Shown here: positions 37,591 to 49,324 of the stretch, piece after piece
Layout: each line of letters begins with the position of its first letter
Numbering within the stretch: the first letter of the stretch is position 1
Assembly: GCF_006345805.1 (NCBI RefSeq)
Contig: NC_043017.1
Location: 21,886,001-21,950,000, forward strand
Origin: Octopus sinensis
Lineage: Eukaryota
Reading direction: 5' to 3'
Length of the DNA stretch: 64,000 nt
The notes under the pieces: generated by a model
Databases searched by the model: none
What the model was told of the DNA's origin: nothing
Seen by the model: the letters and a program-made list of their open reading frames with translations, nothing else
Made by a program: the position numbers and the translations under genes

Positions 37591-38231
37591 AAGAGAAGAA
37601 CAAATGAATAAATGAACATACATACACACCTGCATACATACACACATAGGTACGTACATTCACACATGCATGCAGACATACATACATATGCACATGCATA
37701 CATACATAGCTACATACATACACATATATGTACATACATACATACATACATACATATGCACATGCATGCATAGGTACATACATACATACATACATACATG
37801 CATGCATACATGCATACACACACACATGTACATATATACATACATATACACATGCATGCAGACATACATACATAAGCACATGCATACATACATATGCACA
37901 TACATACATACATATGTACATACATACATACATATGTACATACACACATATGTACATACACACATACATACATATAAGAATAGCTACTTTCAGTTTCTAT
38001 CAAATACACTCACGAATCTTTAGCTGGCCTGGGCCTATTACAAAAGACATCTGTCCAAGGTACTGTGCTTTGGGATTGAACCCAAGTAGATCATTTATTG
38101 ACAGGGTTACTATCAACAACGTCACTGCATCATTGCTTGTAGCTCAGCAATTTTTGGAAATGCACAAATCTAAACAGACATACACACATACTTAAGACGG
38201 GTTTCTTTTGGTTAGCATCTACCAAATCTCC

Positions 38232-38417
38232 TATGGTGGAGGTACATGGCTTATTGGACAGTGTGATTGTAAGATTGTGATTTCAATTCCTGCCAGGGGT
38301 GATGTGTTGTGTTCTTGAGCAAAATATTTCATTTCATACTGTTCCAGACAACTCAGTTTGTGTCCCATCCAGGGAGAAATATATATATACCAGAAAAACC
38401 AGGGACCCAGCCTTATG
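38232..38417 (+). mobile_element. SINE family E, diverged copy X
   Basis: tRNA-like head, TGTGTTCTTGAGCAA core and CAGGGACCCAGCCTTATG tail. Confidence 0.75.
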
Positions 38418-38425
38418 CTCCTTAA

Positions 38426-39053
38426 CCCTTTTGTTATCAACCCGGCTGAAACCAGCTCTGGCTCTGTAGTGCAAATGTCTTGTTTTCATAAGTTCTGAAT
38501 TAAAAATCTTTCCCCAAACCTTAGTCAAAATTTATGTTCCTAACACTAGCTTAATGATAACTAAGTTATTTTACTAAATTCTTTGTTATATTTAAAATAA
38601 TTGAAAGAAGCACAGAGCATTTCAAAAGAAATACAGTAGTGGCTGTGTGGTAAGTAGCTTGCTAACCAACCACATGGTTCCGGGTTCAGTCCCACTGCGT
38701 GGCATCTTGGGCAAGTGTCTTCTGCTATAGCCCCAGGCCGACCAATGCCTTGTGAGTGGATTTGGTAGACGGAAACTGAAAGAATCCTGTCGTATATATG
38801 TATATATATATGTGTGTGTGTGTGTTTGTGTGTCTGTATTTGTCCCCCTAGCATTGCTTGACAACCGATGCTGGTGTGTTTATGTCCCCGTCAATTAGCG
38901 GTTCGGCAAAAAGAGACTGATAGAATAAGTACTGGGCTTACAAAGAATAAGTCCCGGTGTCGATTTGTTCGACTAAAGGCGGTGCTCCAGCATGGCCGCA
39001 GTCAAATGACTGAAACCAGTAAAAGAGTAAAAGAGTAAAGAGTAACAAAAGGG
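38426..39053. mobile_element. piggyBac-type MITE M2 carrying a family A SINE (38639-39042) next to its right terminus
   Basis: TTAA TSD at 38422-38425 and 39054-39057; TIR CCCTTTTGTTA/TAACAAAAGGG. Confidence 0.9.
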
Positions 39054-39316
39054 TTAAAGGAGTAATGTAGCCCAACCACATCTACTATGGTAGGGGCACA
39101 TGGTTTGGTGGTTAGTGTGTTGGACTACTGATAGTAAGATAGTGGTTTTGATTCCTGGATGGGCAGTGTATTGTGTTCTTGAGCAACAAAACTTCATTTC
39201 ACATTGCTTGAGTCCACTCAGCTGGAAAAATGAATAATCTTGTGACAGACTGGCGTCCCATCCACTGAGTAATATATATGCCAGAAAAATCAGGGACCCA
39301 GCCTTATGCTCCTTAA

Positions 39317-39943
39317 CCCTTTTGTTATCAACCCGGCTGAAACCAGCTCTGGCTCTGTAGTGCAAATGTCTTGTTTTCATAAGTTCTGAATTAAAAATCT
39401 TTCCCCAAACCTTAGTCAAAATTTATGTTCCTAACACTAGCTTAATGATAACGGAGTTAATTTACTAAATTCCTTGTTATATTTAAAATAATTGAAAGAA
39501 GCACAGAGCATTTCAAAAGAAATACAGTAGTGGCTGTGTGGTAAGTAGCTTGCTAACCAACCACATGGTTCCGGGTTCAGTCCCACTGCGTGGCATCTTG
39601 GGCAAGTGTCTTCTGCTATAGCCCCGGGCCGACCAATGCCTTGTGAGTGGATTTGGTAGACGGAAACTGAAAGAATCCTGTCGTATATATGTATATATAT
39701 ATGTGTGTGTGTGTGTTTGTGTGTCTGTATTTGTCCCCCTAGCATTGCTTGACAACCGATGCTGGTGTGTTTATGTCCCCGTCAATTAGCGGTTCGGCAA
39801 AAAGAGACTGATAGAATAAGTACTGGGCTTACAAAGAATAAGTCCCGGTGTCGATTTGTTCGACTAAAGGCGGTGCTCCAGCATGGCCGCAGTCAAATGA
39901 CTGAAACCAGTAAAAGAGTAAAGAGTAAAGAGTAACAAAAGGG
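39317..39943. mobile_element. Duplicated piggyBac-type MITE M2 with nested SINE A (39530-39932)
   Basis: TTAA at 39313-39316 and 39944-39947. Confidence 0.9.
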
Positions 39944-41710
39944 TTAAAGGAGTAATGTAGCCCAACCACATCTACTATGGTAGGGGCACATGGTTTGGTG
40001 GTTAGTGTGTTGGACTACTGATAGTAAGATAGTGGTTTTGATTCCTGGATGGGCAGTGTATTGTGTTCTTGAGCAACAAAACTTCATTTCACATTGCTTG
40101 AGTCCACTCAGCTGGAAAAATGAATAATCTTGTGACAGACTGGCGTCCCATCCACTGAGTAATATATATGCCAGAAAAATCAGGGACCCAGCCTTATGAT
40201 CCTTAAAGCAGTAATGTAGACCAACCATATTTACTATAGCATGTGGCTTTAGTAGAAGACTCTTGCCCAAGGTGTTACCACACAGTGGGACTGAACCTAA
40301 GACCATATGGTTGGGAAGCAATCTTCTTATCTTCTTAACCACATCATCACTTTAAAAGTGAGGGAAGAGTGAACAGGTTAGTTGAATTAGAGGCTGGCAG
40401 TCTGGTTGAGGCCAAAAAGACCAAATGGAAGAAGTAAGAGAAGAAGAGAATCCCTTTCAAAAGTCTTATTATTTTTTGGTTAGGTTTATTTCGTTGTAAT
40501 ATTTCTCAGTAATTATCTTCGTCCGATAGCTGATTACACTGCTTTAACCTACAGCCATCATCCTGTGCATGAAAGCTTAGCACTGCTCTACACCAATATA
40601 ACCTCCGCAATCCATCACAGACCACGCAATTGTTGTTTAGAAAAGAAGAAGTATTGGTCAACTGACATGTTCATTAGTTAGTTGAATAGAAAAATGGTTG
40701 ACTGCAATGAAAGATAAATGGACACACGGACAGCTGTCTTGCTTATTTAGATAGCCCAAGAGGTTATCGAGATGTGGTAATCAATAAGCTGCAATACACG
40801 GGAATTGTTGGTTGAGAAATGAGCTTATTCCAGTTAATGTGATTTGTTTGTTGTTAATTATAGTTATTGCTTCACTAGATTAATAGCTTGCTAATAATTA
40901 AGTTATAATTGAGTTAATGTAGTAGCAATTAAAACTACTGAAATATAAAATCGAAGGAGAATTTAAAATGGTGACTTCATTATAATTCCTCTGTGGGAAA
41001 TTTTATTAGGCTGCAACACATTTTGAAACGATTTGCAATTATCTATTTGGCTAATGAAGAAGACATCTTCTATTTTTCTAAAAATCTTTTGTCGTAATTT
41101 TTATCTTTGAAACCATGGTTGCAGGACAGCAACCATACTTTGAAAGATTTCATCATCCAAATCAACGGCAGTACTTATTTAAGTTTTGTACTCATTCTAT
41201 CGATCTCATTTGGTAAAACACAAAGTTAGGAGGCCAGAAACAAGTCTATAAAACGTGGTTGTGGGGAGGGCATAAACACAACCCACACACACACATATGA
41301 TGGGTTTCCTCACAGTTTCTATCCATTTCATTCACTCCCAAGGCATTGATGATCCTGAGTTCGTGTAGAGGACACTTGCTCAAAGTGCTGTGCAGTAGGA
41401 CTGAACTGGAAACCACACGGTTACAAAGTGAGCCGAATCATACAGTCATGCCTGTGCCTATGGTTTATAAAATTACCCTGTCCTTAGAAATCTTTTGACT
41501 TCCCCTTTGTTTTCGTGTTTGGGTACAGACAAACAGGTAGCATCCCTGGCTTTCACCAGCCTTCAAAAACGAATGCAGCTAATGTCTTTCCTTGGACAGA
41601 TGAAAATTGGTTGGAGCAGGAAATAAAATGTATAGGAAGGGAATGCCAAAAACTAATACTTTGGAAAGGAAATATTTTCATTTTTACTATTTTTCTTGTT
41701 GAACTTAGAG

Positions 41711-41952
41711 TAGTCATTCTCAACCATTTTTTGCCCACGGACCCCTTTAATCCATAATTGAATCCACTGGACCCTCATAGCCATTTGATATTTAAAGAAT
41801 CCCAATATATTTTTATAATTTTGATATTATTAGGAATAGTATTTTAAAAATTGGTGAAATATTTTGTGTACAGTTTATTGTACATAAATTTTAACAACAA
41901 AATTCTTCTATGGATCACCAAGGGCCTTATGGACCCTAGTTAAAATCCAATG
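41711..41952. mobile_element. Old hAT-type MITE
   Basis: Degenerate termini TAGTCATTCTCAACC and TAGTTAAAATCCAATG resemble the CAGTGGTTCTCAACC type; internal GGACCCC motifs. Confidence 0.55.
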
Positions 41953-41974
41953 GCATAGACAAAGAGGCATTGTC

Positions 41975-42325
41975 CATTTTCTTTACAGACCCTCCAAGAC
42001 TGTTGAGTTGATCCCTATAATGTTTCACTTAAACTATTGCAGATCAATGCCTGTAGGATAAACAAGAGCAGAGAAGAGATTTCAGGGGACCAATGTCTGG
42101 GAGAGAAAAAACTGGGGATAATGATTAGTGCCAAAATAAGGGAGTCGAATTTACAACAATAGCATAGAGTAAAAAGGCAAGTGAGGTGGGAGTTGAGGTT
42201 AGGGGTTATTGCAGAGCCATCTGGATGAGTCGATTCAATATAGATGACAAGGGAAGAGATGAGGCTATTAGCAATGTATAAGTGGAGATGGTAGAGAAGC
42301 CTACAGAAGCCTCTTCTGCTCAGCT
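41975..42325 (-). mobile_element. L2/Crack-like (CR1-group) LINE 3' coding remnant
   Basis: Minus strand HYPQFFLSQTLVP*NLFSALVYPTGIDLQ*FK*NI resembles the SF.PRT..LWN.LP..VFP...DLQ.FK C-terminus. Confidence 0.6.
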
Positions 42326-42530
42326 ATATGTACACACAGACACACACATACACACACACACACACACACATATATTGATATATAAAAATTACAAAAATGC
42401 GACAAGAATGCAAAACATTCAGACAGTCAGGTGATATAAAAAAGGGACAACAAAACATCCAGATAGACGATACAAAGAAAACAAAGATGGGTCATTGCAA
42501 AGATAATCTGGAACTCAACTGAGGATAGAA

Positions 42531-43525
42531 GTCCCATGCATGTGTATATGTGTGTATGTATATATACCTGTTTTAATAAAATTTAACATCAGGCTTCCTT
42601 CTTGTATACCATTTCTATTGTCCCATGCATGTATATATGTGTGTATATATATATATATCTATGCGACAAAGTGCAGACGACTGGCTGGGTGGATCCTAAG
42701 AACATTCAGAACCAGAGATAAGGAAACCATGATGGTCCTCTGGTGGACATTCGTCCTCAGCCGCCTGGATTACTGCTAACAGCTATGGTCACCCACCAGT
42801 GTAAAATTAACAGTGGACCTTGAAGCAATCCAGAGAAGATTCACAAAGAAGGTCGTCTCTTTGCAACAGCTCAGCTACTGGGAAAGGTTGAAACAGCTAA
42901 GACTCTACTCCCTGGAGAGAAGACAGGAGAGGTATGCAGTAATATATGTCTGGAAGATCCTGGAAGGAATTGTACCAAATTTTGACATTGTAAGCTACAC
43001 CAATACTAGAACGGGACGACATTGCATAGTGCCAAAGATCCCAGCAATGCCATCACGCTTCAGGACCAGCTTCTGCAACAGCCTGGGTTTCAAGGGCCCA
43101 CAGTTTTTTAATATTCTCCCAAAGAGTCTAAGGAACTTGCACAAAGTAGATGTAGCAGTTTTTAAATCAAAGCTGGACATCTTCCTGTCGAGAGTCCCAG
43201 ATGAACCTACCTCATGGCAAGAGATGCAAATAAAGGTAGCTATATCAAACTCCATTCTTCACCAAGTGCCACATATTAGACGAGGTTCTTCGCAATAACA
43301 GTGTAGCACAAAATGGTGGTGCATCAGCATAGCCGCAGCTCTGAGCTGAAACTAGAGAAAAAAAAAATACCTGTTTTAATAAAATTTAACACCAGGCTTC
43401 CTTCTTGTATACCACTTCTATTGTCCCATGCATGTATATATGTGTGTATGTATATATATACCTGCTTTAATATAATTTAACACCAGGCTTCCATCTTCTG
43501 TACCTCTTCTATTGTCTCATGCAAT
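42531..43525. repeat. About 90-bp tandem units on both sides of the CR1 insertion
   Basis: TACCTG..TAATAAAATTTAACA..GTCCCATGCATG units at 42565, 43368 and 43459, plus a partial unit at 42531. Confidence 0.85.
42661..43367 (+). mobile_element. CR1-clade LINE, 5'-truncated, RT C-terminus with poly(A)
   Basis: GWILRTFRTRD..VLSRLDYC*QLWSP..LEAIQRRFTKK..SYWERLKQLRLYSLERRQERY..FNILPKSLRN..FKSKLDIFLSRVPDEP; A-tail ends at 43367. Confidence 0.95.
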
Positions 43526-44166
43526 GACTGAGTCATTAATATTCTATGTATTCCTAAAAGACATTTATAATGTTAATGACATTACGCATAACAACATGTT
43601 GATCTCTAAATGCCTATAAAAATGGATGGCAGCATGGAAAGATGTTTCCGCGTGTTCGCTACGATAAATGATGTCTTTTATTGTCTTAATTTTGACAAGA
43701 TAATATTTTACCAATTTTTATATTGCCCAGGAGATGCAATAAGATTATTAATGCAAAAGCAAAACAAAAAAGAAAAAAAACAACAAAGAAAAAACATAAT
43801 ACATCTCAGATTACGAAGTGGTGGTGTTGCTGCTGATATTTCCAGCATTTAAAGTAGCCGATAGTCAGGTATTAGTACGGTGCTGGAGTTAGTCATCTAT
43901 GATATATTACGTTTTATGATATTTGGCATCGGATAAATTGAGTAGAAAAATGCAAGTGTAAAGTTGATTAAATAACAGAAATTACATCATTTTCTTCTGT
44001 CTCTATATCTCTTCTTTGCTAAACAAACAAGTACACACACACACACACGCACATTCATACACACACATTCATATATGCGTATGTGTGTGCGTGCGTGTGT
44101 TTGTAAGTATACATGTTTATATGTAAATACATATACATAACAATATACAACACACACATATATACA

Positions 44167-44244
<78 letters not shown>

Positions 44245-44270
44245 TATTTATATATATATATATATATATA

Positions 44271-44400
44271 TTGGGTTGGTGCATAATTATTCCAGCTTTT
44301 TTCAACAAATTTTATTCAACAAAAATATCTTTAAATGATTATTCTGGAGCATATTCAATATCTACTTCAATTACTGTTTTTGTCTTTCATTTTTTGTGAA
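44271..44400 (+). mobile_element. Mariner-type terminal fragment
   Basis: TA-TTGGGTTGGTGCATAATTATT resembles the Hsmar1/MADE1-type TIR TTAGGTTGGTGCAAAAGTAATT. Confidence 0.55.
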
Positions 44401-44407
44401 TTCTAAC

Positions 44408-44451
<44 letters not shown>

Positions 44452-44986
44452 AAACCACTTTCATTGTGCCCCATGTAACTTAAAGCTTTGTTGGTTTGTC
44501 ACAGGAACCTACTTCATCAGGCTCAGGTGCCCAACTGACCCTACAATACTGTGTAATCAACAAAATCAAAAAGAAAGAGTGAGCATGTGCAAAATTAAAG
44601 CTATAAGATGGCAACAATTTACCCATTGCACCCTCTGTGTGTATGTATGTATGTATGTAGTATGTATATATTTATATATATATCAACTCACACATACCAC
44701 TAACCTCAATATTGTGAAATATATTTCAGCAACCATTTAGTTTCGTTCATGTAAATAATTCATTTATATATTTGCCAACAATATTAAAGCATCTTGCTTT
44801 TAATCCCATAATGCTCTAAGTAATCTCTCTTGAATTATTATAAAATCATGAAAATGTTAAGCTTGTTGTTGTTGATGTCTGCTTTTCATTGCAACTGTTT
44901 CCAAAATCTATGGAGCAACAGAAATATTCTGTGTGCTAAGAGAAAGACAATGGTGATGGTAATGATGGTGATGGTAGTGATGGTGG

Positions 44987-45018
<32 letters not shown>

Positions 45019-45095
45019 TTGATGACGACGACGATGATGATGATGATGACGATGATGATGACGATGATGATGATGATGATGATAATGATGGTAGG

Positions 45096-45242
45096 ATCTT
45101 TGGTACTATGCAGAGGTGCTCCATTCTGATGCTTAAATAACATCCGATGCCAAAATTTGCTCCAAGTCCTTCCAAGATTTTCCAGATGTGTATCACTGCA
45201 TATCATTCCCGTCCCATAGAATGAGTTTCCTCCAGTTTTCAT
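45096..45242 (-). mobile_element. CR1 fragment related to the 42661 element
   Basis: IHIWKILEGLGANFGIGCY..HLCIVPKI aligns with YVWKILEGIVPNFDIVSY..RHCIVPKI. Confidence 0.8.
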
Positions 45243-47121
45243 CTAACAAATTCCCTTGCAAGGTATTGGTTATTTTGCTGCTATAATAGGGGACACTTGT
45301 CAAGATGCTAAGCAATGGGACTTAACCACAATGGGACAGAAACCACATGGTTGTGAAGCAAACCTCTGAACCACATGACCAATATTCCAAGGATTTTATA
45401 TTCAGAATGAAAATCTCAGCTGGAAGCTTGCAACAAAGTGTACTCGATTTAAGGTGTCCTAAGGGTTAGATAAGCTAGTGGCACGAGCATCAACAGGGTC
45501 ACCAAGTATGTTGCAAGACAAAAGCCCATCAACTACGAGTGGGGGAGTGGTATTGATTGGAGTGGATTTGTGTCTGTTGATGAAAGATTAAAGGTATACA
45601 AGGACAGGGATAGGCGTCTTGCTGTAGAGTAAATACATAGATATCCCCAGTTGGAAGAGGAAGGAGAGCAAGTTAGAAAGAGTGTATATATATATATATA
45701 AAGATATATAAATCAAAGTGTACAGTACTATATATCTGTTATGGCTCATCTTAAGAAATGGTTTTTGTGCTGGGGTTCAAAGGGATCCTAGGTAGCAGCC
45801 CAGTTATATAACTCTGTGCTCTTCAGAATAAGCAGTTATGCAAGAAAATATGATGACTGCTCTCTCTCTCTCTCTCTCATTCACACACACTCTCTCTCTC
45901 ACTCACTCACACTCTCTCTCTTTAATATATATATATATATATATATAGTAGAAATATGTTACAAAAAGAAAATATAAAATATAAAATACACATGGAAATG
46001 TAAGGGTAAAATATGAAAAATCAACGAAAATGCATATTGTAAATAAAAAAAAGGCTTTTTATGAAAGGTAACGACAAATATATACATTTAGATGGACTGA
46101 AGTAGTAATAAAAGCCATAAAGGTCATTATTATGAGATGATTATAAGATGATTATAAAGTCAGCAAACAAGGCGAACCATGGTTTCCGCAAAGCTATTCA
46201 TCGTTTTGAAAACACCAGCTAATATATATATATATATATATATATATCTGCATGTTATATACACCACAAAGAGCGAGTCCTAAGTGGTACACTTATGACA
46301 TAATCAGTTCAGACACTCACTATAGAATCTCCTGCACTCACCACAGTTATACTGACCATTCAACATTAAATGCAGAATGGTTTGCAATTCCACTTATAAG
46401 GAATATAGATTCTGACGCCAAAGTTTTAATTGCAAATTTCTTTAACCAGTTTCTCCTTTTCTTTGGTTTCTTTCTTTTTCAGTAAAATATAGTGGTTCCA
46501 ACAAAATAATTCTCCAGTGAAAAGAATTCAATTACAATGGAGATATTTTTAACTCCAAGACTACAATCTATTTCTAAATTCAGATATTTGGCAGAGTTGA
46601 TATATAATAAAGTTTTACACAAGAAATTCTTTTTTTTTTAACAATAAAATTTCATTTGTTCTAAAAGTCATTATTTTTTAGCTCTTTCTTCTTTTGTTGG
46701 GCAAGAACAGCTTTCTTTTCGTGTATTTTTTTTCTTTGAATTAATTTCAAGAAAGTTTTGTTGATTTCAATTTTATATTTTGACATATCGCTATTTTAGG
46801 GCAATGATTTATCTTTTCAGAATTGCATAAAAACTGTGATATTTGCTGGAAAGAGCATATCTTTTATCTGCTATCTTTTACTTGTCTGAGCCAACAGACG
46901 GTGGCCATACTGGGGCACCGCCTTGAAGAATTTTAGTCACTGAACAAATTGACTCCAGTACAATTTTTTTTTTTTTTTGAGAATCTGGTACTTTTTTCTC
47001 AGCTGGTCTCTTTTCCTGAACTGCTAAGCTGTGGGGACATAAACACCAACATCAGTTGTTAGGCAGTGCCAGGGGACAAACACAGTCCACAGTCACAAAG
47101 ACACACACACACACACAGATA

Positions 47122-47409
47122 CAGAGTTTGGACAAAATAATGGAACCACCTAACATTATAGTATCATAATTTTGAAATATCTGTAAAACCGTCAAAAGCT
47201 TGTTTATTGTTATGTTCTTTGATTTATTATTAGTGTTGCTTAAAATTTTTTGCTAAAATTGCGGTTTCTTTTCAGATATCATTAGAAAAAGGTAATTAAA
47301 ATTCATTAAAATGACACGTCTATCGGACTTTCAAAAAGGTCAAATTGTTGGTGTTCGTATGGCAGGCACTAACAAAATGAAAACAACCGAAATGTTTGGT
47401 GTATCAAGA
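47122..47409 (+). mobile_element. Tc1-like transposon 5' fragment (TIR and transposase N-terminus)
   Basis: TA-CAGAGTTTGGACAAAATAATGG terminus; 47311-47409 encodes MTRLSDFQKGQIVGVRMAGTNKMKTTEMFGVSR (Tc1 HTH pattern LSDF.RGQIVG). Confidence 0.85.
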
Positions 47410-48112
47410 AGAGAGAGAGAAAGAGAGTGAAGAAGAAGAAGAAGAAGAAGAGAGAGAGAAGTTTTGGTCCATTGGATTATTTTCTTTCCTGTGTAAATCA
47501 CATTGCTTGGATTTTTGTTCTCGGATAAAGGTAAGAATATCTTCAATGTCCCCAGTGGGTGATTATAAAATGACAGAATAAGAGTCCAATTCTAAACACA
47601 CATACAAAGATACATACTGAAGAAACTGTTCCAGAATATGTAATACAACAGCGGTTTGGGTAACAATTTTCACTGCTAAAAAAATGTGAACAAAGATTTC
47701 CTTCTGGGGTTTCTTTTCCCAATATTCAGTGATTTGTATGGTTAATGGGGTGCAGCAGGGTTATGTAGTTGGTCCCTTAACCCTGGGTCATTGGTGCAAC
47801 AACGAAAATAACTTCGTCTTTGTGCTGTGTATTCTGGGATTAATTAACCTAATAAACGCAGGTAGTTTCTAATCTATATATTCACAGGAGCGAGGTTTCC
47901 ACATCTGATTGCATGATGTCTCTGATGCTACCTGCCTCTCTTAACCAGGGCTGGGGAGGTGGGGAGCAACATTTTGTAAATATAATTATAGTATAAATGA
48001 TTGCAGTGAAATATGTAATGCTTAGCTAAATTCTTAACACTGCATCCACTAGAAATCTTGTCTGCTCAATTAACTGTCAAAACAGAATCTCTCTCGCTCT
48101 TTCACTCTCTCC

Positions 48113-48148
<36 letters not shown>

Positions 48149-48578
48149 GCATAATAGGTGCAGGCATGGCTGTGGTAAGAAGCTTGCATCCCAACTACAT
48201 GGTTCCGGGTTCAGTCCCCCTGCATGGCACTTTGGGTGAGTGTATATCTATGTGTGTGTATCTTTCTGTCAGTAAGGCCAACCAAAGCTTTGTGAGTGGA
48301 CTTGGTAGACAAAAACTGAAAGAAGCATTTTGTGTGTATATATATCATTGCTATTATGCTATGTCCAAATTTGGCCAGATGCGTTTTTTTTCAATTTTTT
48401 TCTTTTTTTGGTCAAACCATTGTATCTCCAGCTGCTTTAGAAACCATGATATCTAAAACTGTCAGTGTAGTACAAGTATTTGCTATGGAATAGTGAAACT
48501 ATTTTTTTTTCTGTTTACTAAAAAAACAATGTTTTGGACTTACGACACTTTGCATAATAGCAACGATATATATATATA

Positions 48579-48745
48579 GGGAGAGTTTATGAAAAAAACA
48601 AAAGACGAATACAGGTGGTGTACAAAACAAACAGTTGTATTAGTATAACACTCAGGAATAGAAAAATTTTTTTATGTTTCGAGCCTACGCTCTTCTACAG
48701 AAAGGGACACAGAAAAAACAAGGAGAGAAAAAAATGTGTGTAGTG
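48579..48745 (-). mobile_element. Family P6 element with hammerhead-like motif (48670-48704)
   Basis: CTTT-CTGTAGA-A-GAGC-GTAG-GCTC-GAAAC-ATA on the minus strand; TA-flanked. Confidence 0.7.
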
Positions 48746-48757
48746 ACTATCTATGTA

Positions 48758-49283
48758 CAGTAATAGCTCACTTTATGAGGACCTGCTTTATGAGACCCCA
48801 GGTTTATGAGTTATATTTTCCCAGCACAAGATCCAAATTTTGAACGATGTGCAAAACTTTCTACTACCATAACAAATACTTCTGCGTGTTACCGAGAAAT
48901 TTTTAGAGAGCAAAATAAGCTTCTTCTAAACAAACAAATCAAGACTTGTTTTTTAAAAAGGAATCTACAAGTCTGTCTATGAGTGCTTGTGAATTAGTGA
49001 TCGTGTATACAAGTGATAATGTGTGCAAGTCTAGTGTGAGTGAAAGTGATTCAGAAAACGATTTTAATGAAAATAATTTTTATTATAAATGATCTCGTCA
49101 TTCTTTTTACTTCACATAAAATATTCTTTACATTCTACCAAATTTTATTGGTAAAATTTTTTTCTTGGAACGAATTACGATTTATAACATTGCTGCTATG
49201 GGAAATTATTGCTCTGCTTTATGAGTTTTCAGTTTATGAGCAGTCTCCAGGAACAAATTAGTTCATATATCAAAGCATTGCTG
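48758..49283. mobile_element. Tigger/pogo-type non-autonomous element
   Basis: TA-CAGTAATAGCTCACTTTATGAG ... CATATATCAAAGCATTGCTG-TA; internal GGAACGAATTA and TATGGGAAA motifs typical of Tigger ends. Confidence 0.65.

Positions 49284-49324
<41 letters not shown>

Larger units (their letters stand above)
38418..40198. repeat. Tandem duplication of an 890-891 bp unit (MITE, nested SINE A and SINE E copy Y)
   Basis: AGGGACCCAGCCTTATG at 38401, 39292 and 40182; the two units differ at only about six positions by eye. Confidence 0.95.

Noticed and set aside
42370-42530. TA-flanked element containing CTGAGGA (42519-42525)
   Set aside because: No downstream stem II or GAAA, so a ribozyme cannot be supported.
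47738-47785. VNGVQQGYVVGPL resembling the LINE RT motif GV.QG..L.P
   Set aside because: Single short motif with no other RT motifs in the flanks.
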